From positions 1,632,001 to 1,696,000 of the forward strand of contig CP147778.1 of the NCBI GenBank assembly GCA_037305845.1: a DNA stretch of 64,000 nucleotides. Direction: 5' to 3'. Shown here piece by piece: positions 19,332 through 27,621 of the stretch (its first letter is position 1; the number at the start of each line of letters is the position of its first letter). The notes below the pieces were generated by a model. The model was not told the DNA's origin, searched no databases, and saw only the letters and a program-made list of their open reading frames with translations. The position numbers and the translations under genes were made by a program. This DNA comes from Candidatus Freyarchaeum deiterrae (lineage in GTDB: Archaea; Asgardarchaeota; Jordiarchaeia; Jordiarchaeales; Jordiarchaeaceae).

Positions 19332-19462
19332 GCCGAGGTAGCTCAGTTGGTAGAGCGTCAGGCTGTTAACTTGATGGTCAAGAGGTCTGTTTAAGATCTC
19401 TCCACAAGCAGGTCCGAGATGATATTGAAGCGTTTCATATCACGGATATCCTGTCCTCGGCG
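19332..19462 (+). tRNA. tRNA-Asn(GTT) with two non-canonical introns (48/49, 59/60)
   Basis: GCCGAGG/CCTCGGC acceptor, TCAGG-CT GTT AA-CTTGA anticodon arm; BHB introns 19380-19407 and 19419-19448. Confidence 0.9.
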
Positions 19463-19651
19463 CCTTTATTTAGTTAGTTTATGGCATATAAGACTTCATA
19501 GTTTGGTTGTTTTTAGGTTCGCTTCATATTTTTATAAAAAAGTATATAATAAAATCCGTATAGTTATAATATTCCACTCGAATAGGTGTTGCAAAACTTT
19601 TAATAAGTAATAAGAAAACTTGTTTGATATCCTTATAATAACATTTGCAAA

Positions 19652-19957
19652 ATGGAGAGATGCTTTATGAAGAAATCAAGGGGTTATCGTTCTGGAACTC
19701 GGAATGTATTAAAGAAGTCTGTTAGGGAACGTGGGCTTCCACCTCTAAGTAGGCTTTTACGAACATATGAGCCAGGGGAGAAGGTTAGCATTGTTATCGA
19801 CCCTAGTATTCACAAGGGCCAACCGCATAGAAGATTTCATGGAAGGGTTGGAACCGTATTAGAGAGACGTGGACGAGCTTATGTAATTTCTGTTTATCTT
19901 GGAAATAGTAAGAAGACTCTCATTTCTAGACCTGAACATATGAGGCCTATTAAATAG
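19652..19957 (+). CDS. rpl21e: 50S ribosomal protein L21e
   Basis: MKKSRGYRSGTR, IDPSIHKGQPHRRFHGRVG; start probably 19667. Confidence 0.96.
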   Translation: MERCFMKKSRGYRSGTRNVLKKSVRERGLPPLSRLLRTYEPGEKVSIVIDPSIHKGQPHRRFHGRVGTVLERRGRAYVISVYLGNSKKTLISRPEHMRPIK

Positions 19958-19970
19958 GAGGTAGGTCCTT

Positions 19971-20300
19971 TTGCCTGTTAAAATTTTGAAAGAAAAACTT
20001 CTTAATTTAGCAGAGGTTAAAAAAATTTTGGAGGAGCGTAGCGCAAAGGGAGAGTTAAGCTATGTTCAACGTGTCACATTAGATTATGCTACTAAGTTTT
20101 CACAATTTCCTGTTGAAAAGTCTGTAGAAATTATTAGAAAGTTAATCGAAACCTTTGGAATAAGCGAGAGTACTGCTATCCAAATTGTTAATGCAGTTCC
20201 AAAGAGTATTGATGAGCTTCGTGCCTTTTTAACAAACGAGCAAAAGACTTTCACTGAGGGTGAATTAGGAGAACTTTTAAAGATTCTGGAAGAAACATAA
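19971..20300 (+). CDS. rpoF: RNA polymerase subunit F (Rpo4)
   Basis: ELSYVQRVTLDYATKFS, HRDC-like; conserved rpl21e-rpoF-DUF655-rsmA order. Confidence 0.9.
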   Translation: MPVKILKEKLLNLAEVKKILEERSAKGELSYVQRVTLDYATKFSQFPVEKSVEIIRKLIETFGISESTAIQIVNAVPKSIDELRAFLTNEQKTFTEGELGELLKILEET

Positions 20301-20337
20301 CTCTAATTCTACTTACTATCGGAGGCGGGAGTAGAGA

Positions 20338-20919
20338 ATGATGTTTAGTTCTAAGAAGTATGAAGAGTTTGCATACGTGTTAGACCATCTACCAACAGGA
20401 CATGCAGAAGACCCGCGGCCCTCTTTTCAGAGGGAACCCCTTACACAAGCTCTTGGAGAAACATATTTCACATTACTAGAACTTGTCCCAAGAAAAGGAG
20501 CTACATTTTCTTTACATGAAAGAATTTACATCGGAAAAGGCTCTCGTAAAAAAATTGATCATGTTCAAAGGCGTATCCGTTATGAGGATATCACTTCAAC
20601 CGCTAAATCCGAACTTCCATTTGTTATTGAAAAAATAGTACAGCTAAGAGAAAAGGAATTTGTATACTTCTTCAATAATGCTCGTCCAATTACTACAAGA
20701 ATGCATCAGTTAAAGCTTATTCCTGGTATAGGAAAAAAGACAATGTGGCTCATTCTTGAGGAAAGAAAGAAGGCCCCCTTTAAAAGCTTTGAAAACATTA
20801 GCGAAAGGGTGCGAATGCCTGAACCCAAAAAGACCATAGTCAATCGAGTAATGAGTGAATTAAAAGGAGAAGACAAATATTACCTATTTACCCGCCCATA
20901 CACAACTAGCCAAGAATGA
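20338..20919 (+). CDS. DUF655 putative RNA-binding protein
   Basis: EEFAYVLD, GETYFTLLE, TTRMHQLKLIPGIGKK (HhH). Confidence 0.9.
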   Translation: MMFSSKKYEEFAYVLDHLPTGHAEDPRPSFQREPLTQALGETYFTLLELVPRKGATFSLHERIYIGKGSRKKIDHVQRRIRYEDITSTAKSELPFVIEKIVQLREKEFVYFFNNARPITTRMHQLKLIPGIGKKTMWLILEERKKAPFKSFENISERVRMPEPKKTIVNRVMSELKGEDKYYLFTRPYTTSQE

Positions 20920-20926
20920 TTTAGAA

Positions 20927-21760
20927 TTGAATAAGAACAATCTATTTTTAGAAACCATAAAAACATTGAGAAACCACAATATTAAAGTAAGCAAGAAAAA
21001 GGGGCAACATTTTCTAGTCAGCTCTAACCTGCTTAAAAGGGAGATAGAATACTCGGAAATGCAATCCTCCGATACGGTACTTGAAATAGGTGCGGGACTA
21101 GGAACGCTAACGAGAGCTCTGGCGGAGAAAGCAAAAAAGGTTTTTGCTATAGAAAAAGATCAAAAGTTACTCCAAGCCCTAAGAGACAATTTATCTAGTT
21201 TCAATAACGTTGAAATAATTTCTGGTGACGCCTTAAAGTTAGAGTTCCCACCAACTCAAAAAATCGTCTCAAACATACCCTACTCTATATCTTCTCCGTT
21301 AACTTTCAAAATACTCTCAACAAAGTATGAAAGAGCTGTTTTAACCTATCAACTTGAATTTGCAGAGCGTTTGGCTGCAAAACCTGGTACAAAAAATTAT
21401 GGTAGAATAACTGTTGGGGTATACTATAAGGCAGAAGCGAAGTTACTGGAGAAGATTCCAAGAATCGCATTTTATCCTCCACCAAAAGTCGAATCGGCAA
21501 TAGTTATGCTGAAACCCAAGCCGCCGCCATTCGAAACATTAAACGAAAAAACATTCTTTGAGATAGTGCGTTTTCTATTTATGCACCCCAATAAAAAGGC
21601 AAAACATGGTGTAAGATATTATCTAGAAAATAAGAATGGTACAGATATCAAACTTTCTGATCTAGAATTCCTCCCTGAAATTTTGGAAAAACGAGTAAGG
21701 AACCTAACGCCGAGTGAAATAAACGAAATCTCAAACATCCTAATTTCGGAGTATGAATAG
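20927..21760 (+). CDS. rsmA: 16S rRNA dimethyladenosine transferase RsmA/KsgA
   Basis: GQHFL, LEIGAGLG, VSNIPY, FYPPPKVES. Confidence 0.95.
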   Translation: MNKNNLFLETIKTLRNHNIKVSKKKGQHFLVSSNLLKREIEYSEMQSSDTVLEIGAGLGTLTRALAEKAKKVFAIEKDQKLLQALRDNLSSFNNVEIISGDALKLEFPPTQKIVSNIPYSISSPLTFKILSTKYERAVLTYQLEFAERLAAKPGTKNYGRITVGVYYKAEAKLLEKIPRIAFYPPPKVESAIVMLKPKPPPFETLNEKTFFEIVRFLFMHPNKKAKHGVRYYLENKNGTDIKLSDLEFLPEILEKRVRNLTPSEINEISNILISEYE

Positions 21761-21763
21761 TCC

Positions 21764-22378
21764 ATGAAAAACTTCGAGTATAAAGGCTTCAAATTTCAAG
21801 TCTTTAAAGATGTTTATGCCCCCTCAGATGATACCTTCTTGTTAGCGGAGAATTTAAATGTTTTCGAAAGTGACTATGTTCTTGATATGGGTACAGGCTG
21901 TGGTATTTTGGCTATTATTGCGGGGAACCTAGCCGCAAAGGTGGTAGGCGTTGATATCTCCGAAAGAGCCGTTATGAATGCGAGAATAAATGTGACTTTA
22001 AACAATATGGAGAGTCGTGTTGAAATACGTTTAGGAGATTTATGGAACGCTTTAAAATCTGATGAGCGGTTCAATTTGATACTGTTTAACCCGCCTTATT
22101 TACCGATTTCAAAATCTGAGACGAATACAGGTGTACTTGAAAAGGCATGGAACGGAGGCGAGAATGGGAGAGAAATAATTGATGTATTTCTCGCAAAATT
22201 TGATGATTTTTTAGAGGGAGAAGGGCGCGTACAGATGGTTTTGTCTTCATTATCCGGAATTGAAACCACTCTATCTTACCTTGAAAAGAAAGGATTTCAA
22301 GTTGAAAAAAAGACTGAAAAGAAATTTTTCTTTGAGAAATTGGTTTTAATTAAAATCAAAAGAGTGCAATTTGTTTGA
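21764..22378 (+). CDS. HemK2/MTQ2 family protein methyltransferase
   Basis: VYAPSDDTFLL, LDMGTGCG, FNPPY, GGENG. Confidence 0.9.
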   Translation: MKNFEYKGFKFQVFKDVYAPSDDTFLLAENLNVFESDYVLDMGTGCGILAIIAGNLAAKVVGVDISERAVMNARINVTLNNMESRVEIRLGDLWNALKSDERFNLILFNPPYLPISKSETNTGVLEKAWNGGENGREIIDVFLAKFDDFLEGEGRVQMVLSSLSGIETTLSYLEKKGFQVEKKTEKKFFFEKLVLIKIKRVQFV

Positions 22379-22424
22379 ATCTTAATATTAGACATATTTA
22401 AAAATATAACAATTTTTTATTTTA

Positions 22425-23639
22425 ATGAAGGTTAAGACTCTACCAGTAAGAAATACTTTGATTCTTGAAGGGACCGGGTTGCCAATAAATTTACATCCTG
22501 AAGCTCAGAAGGCTCTGAGAAAATTAGAAGAAGCAGAAACAAAGGAAGAGAAAGTCGTTGCTATACAAGAGTTATTACAGCACCTGAACAAGCATAAAGG
22601 AACAGAAAAATTTGAAAATCAGCTCAAAAAGCGATTGACGAAACTTAGAGCTGAACTTGAAAAAGAAAAATTAAGGAAATCTGGTGCATCTTCTGTTTTT
22701 AGTGTCAAGAAACAGGGGGCGGGGCAGGTAATTTTAGTTGGTTTAACAAATACCGGGAAGAGCGCTATTTTAAACCATCTCACAAGAGCTAAAGCTAGAG
22801 TTGATGATTATCCCTTCAAGACAACTCGCCCTGAAGTTGGAGTTTTAGATTTTAACTCAGCCCCCGTACAGATAGTCGAAGTTCCCGCGCTTTTTGAAGG
22901 TTTCAGCGGAAGTGAAAGTGGCCCTCAAATACTGTCCACTATTAGAAATGCTGACTCCATAGTTTTGGTCATTGACTTATCTCAGGACGTTTTGGAGCAG
23001 GTTAAAATTTTGTTGAATGAATTGGAGTCTGCTGGAATACTACTTAATCTAAGTCATCCCCCCGTTGAAGTAAAGAGGACTGGGAGTGGCGGAATCCAAT
23101 TAAGGGGAATTCAGTTTTTTGACGGGTCGCCTGAAGAAATTACAAATTTTTTGAATAAGAAACGCCTGGTTAACGTGGTGGTTCGTATTAGGGGTAAGGT
23201 TTCCTTAACTGATATCGAATTAGCTATGGATACTGGTATATTATACAAGAAGGCCATAATGGTTGCTACCAAGGGAGATTTGGTTGGGTCTTCAGAGAAT
23301 TATCAAAAGCTTCTGGATACTTACGGTCAAAGATTTGATATTTATCCTATATCTGTTTTAAAGGAAAAGGGGGTTGAGGAGTTTAAAGAGGGGATATTCA
23401 AATCACTCAGTGTTATTCGAATTTACACTCGGGAGCCTGGAAATGTTATTTCTGATAAACCACTAATTATTGAAAGGGGCGCCAGCGTCGAGGATGTAGC
23501 AAAAAAGCTTCATACACGTTTCATTAAAAATTTCAAGTGCGCTCGCATCTATGGCAAATCTGCGAAGCATGAGGGTGAAAGAGTAGGATTGGACCACGTG
23601 CTCGAAGATAATGATACTGTTCAGTTTTATCTCAATTGA
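22425..23639 (+). CDS. DRG/OBG-family GTPase with TGS domain
   Basis: KHKGTE, VGLTNTGKS, YPFKT, TKGD, C-terminal HVLEDND TGS; start probably TTG 22479. Confidence 0.9.
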   Translation: MKVKTLPVRNTLILEGTGLPINLHPEAQKALRKLEEAETKEEKVVAIQELLQHLNKHKGTEKFENQLKKRLTKLRAELEKEKLRKSGASSVFSVKKQGAGQVILVGLTNTGKSAILNHLTRAKARVDDYPFKTTRPEVGVLDFNSAPVQIVEVPALFEGFSGSESGPQILSTIRNADSIVLVIDLSQDVLEQVKILLNELESAGILLNLSHPPVEVKRTGSGGIQLRGIQFFDGSPEEITNFLNKKRLVNVVVRIRGKVSLTDIELAMDTGILYKKAIMVATKGDLVGSSENYQKLLDTYGQRFDIYPISVLKEKGVEEFKEGIFKSLSVIRIYTREPGNVISDKPLIIERGASVEDVAKKLHTRFIKNFKCARIYGKSAKHEGERVGLDHVLEDNDTVQFYLN

Positions 23640-23644
23640 AGTAG

Positions 23645-24364
23645 ATGGTAATATTGCTAAAAACTAAAGTGGTTGTTTTAGAACCGGAAAATGCGGGAAA
23701 TGTTGGTGCAATAGCGCGCGCCATGAAAAATTTTGCTTTAGAAGAACTTGTACTTGTTAATCCCAAATTTGAGGATATGCTTGAAGCCGAAATACGCACG
23801 ATGCATGGCATAGATGTTCTCAAAAATATGAAGGTGGTTAATAGCTTCGAAGAGTCGATTTCGGACGTGGATTTTATAGTAGGTACAACAGCAAAAACTG
23901 GAATGAATTATAATGTTCTTAGAACTACTATCACTCCCGATTTGCTAGTAGAAAGACTTGTGAGTGTTAATGGAAAAATTGCTTTACTATTTGGGCGAGA
24001 AAGCATGGGGCTAACTAATGAAGAATTAGCGAAAGCGGATACCATTGTTACAATCCCGGCTTCAAATTATTCCACTCTAAATGTTTCACATGCTGCTGCA
24101 ATTATATTTTATGAAATTTACAAAAGCCAGGCGCATAAGAAAAAGGGCGCCCCAAGAAGCGCCTCAAAAGTGGAAAAAGACAAGGCCTTAGACTACTTTT
24201 CCCTTATTTTGAAGGACATAAAATATCCTTCTTTTAAATATGGAATTGCGGAAAGAGTTTTTCATAATGTTATTTCAAGAGCATTTATTTCAGGGCGCGA
24301 AATTTACACCCTAATAGGCGTTCTTCGTAGAATACATTCATTTTTATCTTCAAAAAATACATAA
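23645..24364 (+). CDS. trmJ: tRNA C32/U32 2'-O-methyltransferase TrmJ (SPOUT)
   Basis: EPENAGNVGAIARAMKNF, FGRESMGLTNEEL, LNVSHA. Confidence 0.9.
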   Translation: MVILLKTKVVVLEPENAGNVGAIARAMKNFALEELVLVNPKFEDMLEAEIRTMHGIDVLKNMKVVNSFEESISDVDFIVGTTAKTGMNYNVLRTTITPDLLVERLVSVNGKIALLFGRESMGLTNEELAKADTIVTIPASNYSTLNVSHAAAIIFYEIYKSQAHKKKGAPRSASKVEKDKALDYFSLILKDIKYPSFKYGIAERVFHNVISRAFISGREIYTLIGVLRRIHSFLSSKNT

Positions 24365-24423
24365 AGATAGGTTAATAAATCAGAATAAATTGAATCTCTT
24401 AGTTTAAAGTATTTCTGTTATAC

Positions 24424-26241
24424 TTGCAGAGGTATCTTAGTGGATTATGGTGCTTTGACATGATGGTTCAAAACGAGTTATCTGAGTTATCAATTTTATT
24501 TGAGGTTGGTTTCCTTTCTGATAAAATTGTAAAATCCATTCTCAGTTCCGCCTCTGGATTACCGCTAATAAATGAAGATGTTTTGAAGGAAGCCTTAACA
24601 TTCCTTGAAATAGTTAAGAACGTTAAAGACAATTTCCCTCCAAAGACCCTTGAAGAAGTCACAACTACACATTTAACAATCTACCGCCTCGCATTGTTTG
24701 TCTATTCAGGGCTAGATGAAAAGAGTTTCATGATTGAAATCTCCAATATGATAAAAAAATTAGAAAAACTAATAGTTGAAAAAAATACTAACGAAGATTT
24801 AACTAATATAGTAAATTTTTTTAGTAAAATTAGCCAAAAAACTTTAGAAGAAAGCGATGAATTTTTCAAAGTATTCGAGTCTTACAAAGAATTCGCTAAC
24901 GCTAAAAAACTCATAGAATTTGAAATAGAAAAAAATTTATCGCAAAACCGTTTATTGAGTCGGCTTCGATCAGAAGAGTTCCCAACAGATGCGCAAGTGA
25001 AGGCCATAAACCTACTATTAAAAACCTCTTCAATGTTATATACAAAGTTGTTTTCCATTTTAGGAGAACTTGAAAGCGCGGATAAATTGCCTCATGAGAA
25101 GCAAGAGCAATTATGTCAGATAATTGAAACTACTGGAGAAAGATATAACCACATTACCGAGATAATACGAAGAATAACCAAATTTATAGAAGCATCTAAC
25201 ATAAGAAACTTCCCACTGGGCATATTCTACACTCTGGAAAATGTGATAAACACGTTTCAAAAAAATATCCTTCTAATTGTGAGTGTTTCAGGCGAGAACA
25301 GCTTTTCATATATAGATCTTTTGGTCATCTTAAAAGGCCTATTAAAAAATGCTCTAGATAAAGAAGAAATAAAAAAATTGGAAGAGGGCTGCTCTCAATG
25401 TATCCTGCTTTTTAATCTTCCAGTGCTTGAAAAAGAGAATATACTTTTACAATGCCTTGTAGCAAATCCGATAGGTAACTACATAATTGAATGCAATAAC
25501 CTTTTTCAAAAAATAGTGAAGACAGAAGATTTCTCTAAATTTCTCCATTTTTCTAAATCAAACTCTTTTCCGAATTTTAAAGAAAAAGAATTAGAAAATG
25601 TTAGAATCGTTGAACAAACTCTAGAAAAAATTAAAAATTGGATTACATTTATTTCCTCAGACTTGTTAGCAATTCACACTTTTGGGCCATCATACCTATT
25701 CGCTTTTTTCAAACACATTTTTTATATCAACAACTACAAATTGAATGCCCCACCAAAAAGTCGTTTAAAAGTTATGGTGGAAGAAATTAAACAGTTGAAT
25801 TATACAAAAAACATTCAAATAAGTAAAGAAATTCAAAAATTAGAAAAATACACCGAAGATGAAACCAGCTACGCAAAGGACGAAATAACGAATCTAATTC
25901 CCAAAATTATAGAGGAAATAAAAAAATTGACGAAGGGAAAGCGGTATACTCTTCAAATTTTTGAAGAAGAAGTTCCTTTCTTAATTTCATCGCTTCTAAA
26001 CCTTATACCTCCAAACGAGATTCTAGATTTTAGAAATAAAACTAGTCGCCCTGCAAGAATAATCTCAATTTTAAACGCAGGCTGGTTATTGATACTAACC
26101 CAAATAAATAAAGTATATCAAATGCTTAGTGCCAAAACCCCCGAAGAAAAAAGCCAAGTAGATATTAAACTAAACCGTCTAATACAAAAGTCAATAGAGC
26201 TAAGCGAAATACACAGAAAGATGGGAGAGGTAGCAGAATGA
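24424..26241 (+). CDS. Large helical hypothetical protein, possible degenerate zincin fold
   Basis: 605-aa ORF (start probably ATG 24460/24463) overlapping dcd by ATGA. Confidence 0.75.
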   Translation: MQRYLSGLWCFDMMVQNELSELSILFEVGFLSDKIVKSILSSASGLPLINEDVLKEALTFLEIVKNVKDNFPPKTLEEVTTTHLTIYRLALFVYSGLDEKSFMIEISNMIKKLEKLIVEKNTNEDLTNIVNFFSKISQKTLEESDEFFKVFESYKEFANAKKLIEFEIEKNLSQNRLLSRLRSEEFPTDAQVKAINLLLKTSSMLYTKLFSILGELESADKLPHEKQEQLCQIIETTGERYNHITEIIRRITKFIEASNIRNFPLGIFYTLENVINTFQKNILLIVSVSGENSFSYIDLLVILKGLLKNALDKEEIKKLEEGCSQCILLFNLPVLEKENILLQCLVANPIGNYIIECNNLFQKIVKTEDFSKFLHFSKSNSFPNFKEKELENVRIVEQTLEKIKNWITFISSDLLAIHTFGPSYLFAFFKHIFYINNYKLNAPPKSRLKVMVEEIKQLNYTKNIQISKEIQKLEKYTEDETSYAKDEITNLIPKIIEEIKKLTKGKRYTLQIFEEEVPFLISSLLNLIPPNEILDFRNKTSRPARIISILNAGWLLILTQINKVYQMLSAKTPEEKSQVDIKLNRLIQKSIELSEIHRKMGEVAE

Positions 26242-26843
26242 CTGTACTTTCAACAAAGAGTATAACAGAAAGACTTTTCCACGAAGACCCCTTGAAAAGG
26301 CTGGTTATTACACCAATAATTCGTCACGAAACTCAAATAGCTCACGGTTCAATAGACCTAAGACTGGGAACGGAATTTATCATCACAAAAAGAACTAAAT
26401 ATCACCTTTTGGATCCCCTGCAGGAAGACGTCGAATCACAAATAGAACAATACCAAGATAAAATCTACATAGGGTACAAAGGAAAACTTATCCTCCAACC
26501 CCACCAATTCGTGTTGGGAAGCACCTTAGAATATATAAGATTACCCAACGACCTTCTAGGATATGTAATCGGAAGATCCTCTTGGGGGCGCGTTGGACTA
26601 ATAATTGCTACGGCAACAATGGTGGGACCGGGCTTCGCAGGATCACTAACGCTCGAGCTTGTCAACTTGGGTGAAGCCGATTTAGCATTATACCCCGGAA
26701 CCAGAATAGCCCAATTAGTACTCCATACCTTGGATCAGGAAGATGCTGGATACATTAGCAAACCTGAGTCAAAATATATAGGCGCTGTGGGCCCAGAATT
26801 CAGCAAAATATACACAGACAGGGAATGGAAACTCCTGAGATAG
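26238..26843 (+). CDS. dcd: dCTP deaminase
   Basis: SIDLRLG, GRSSWGRVG, PGFAGSLTLEL, RIAQL. Confidence 0.92.
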   Translation: MTVLSTKSITERLFHEDPLKRLVITPIIRHETQIAHGSIDLRLGTEFIITKRTKYHLLDPLQEDVESQIEQYQDKIYIGYKGKLILQPHQFVLGSTLEYIRLPNDLLGYVIGRSSWGRVGLIIATATMVGPGFAGSLTLELVNLGEADLALYPGTRIAQLVLHTLDQEDAGYISKPESKYIGAVGPEFSKIYTDREWKLLR

Positions 26844-26926
26844 AAAATAACACAAAAACAAGTGGAGAAAAATAGTTAAAGAATTAGGAATGCATTAGAC
26901 AAAAATTAAATGGGAGAAGAACATCC

Positions 26927-27472
26927 CTAACTTTTATTTTCTTCAGATACAAGCTTAACTCTGGAGGGTCTAGGGAGTTTCATGCCACCTATGTGAAGAA
27001 TTTTCTTTAACACTTCTCTGTTCTTTGGTGAATCATTCACCCAAGCACTGCAAATAACCTGGTTTTCATGAACGCGAGCTGCACTGCCAACAGGCTTACC
27101 AAACGCCCGACGCATGCCGTCCTGCAAACGGTCTGCACCCGCAAAAGCCATCATCCTGTTTTCTCTGATAACATGGTATGGTTTTACATGTATGACGAAG
27201 TGGAAGTCATTATTTCCCATCATATTTGTAAGGTTTCTGTTAACTGAGATACGCAAAGCTTCAAGCGCCTTGTGGCTAATTTGGCACCTCTCGTTCATGA
27301 GAAGGTCGCCTCTTAGATTTAATTTTACTTGACGATTACCCATGTCATAGATTCTTATTTTCGATTCTGGACCACCACGGACGTATTCCCTTCTAGTGTA
27401 GGGCGGGCGGTCAATTTCGGTATAGCATTTTGCGGGTCTCTTAGACATTTTCTTCACCTCTGTGTAAGTCAC
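26927..27472 (-). CDS. rpl10e: 50S ribosomal protein L10e/uL16
   Basis: PYTRREY, AGADRLQDGMRRAFGKPVG; start probably 27448. Confidence 0.96.
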   Translation of the reverse strand: MTYTEVKKMSKRPAKCYTEIDRPPYTRREYVRGGPESKIRIYDMGNRQVKLNLRGDLLMNERCQISHKALEALRISVNRNLTNMMGNNDFHFVIHVKPYHVIRENRMMAFAGADRLQDGMRRAFGKPVGSAARVHENQVICSAWVNDSPKNREVLKKILHIGGMKLPRPSRVKLVSEENKS

Positions 27473-27621
27473 AAAAATAAACTTCAGAATCCCATATTAA
27501 TCTTTCCATGTTTCCAATTTTTTCTAGCAAATTCTTTGTAATACTGTAGAACGACTAGTCATTGTAGTATATTTCATTTAAGCATTTTATTAAAAAAAAT
27601 GGGTGGTGAGTGATGTAACTA

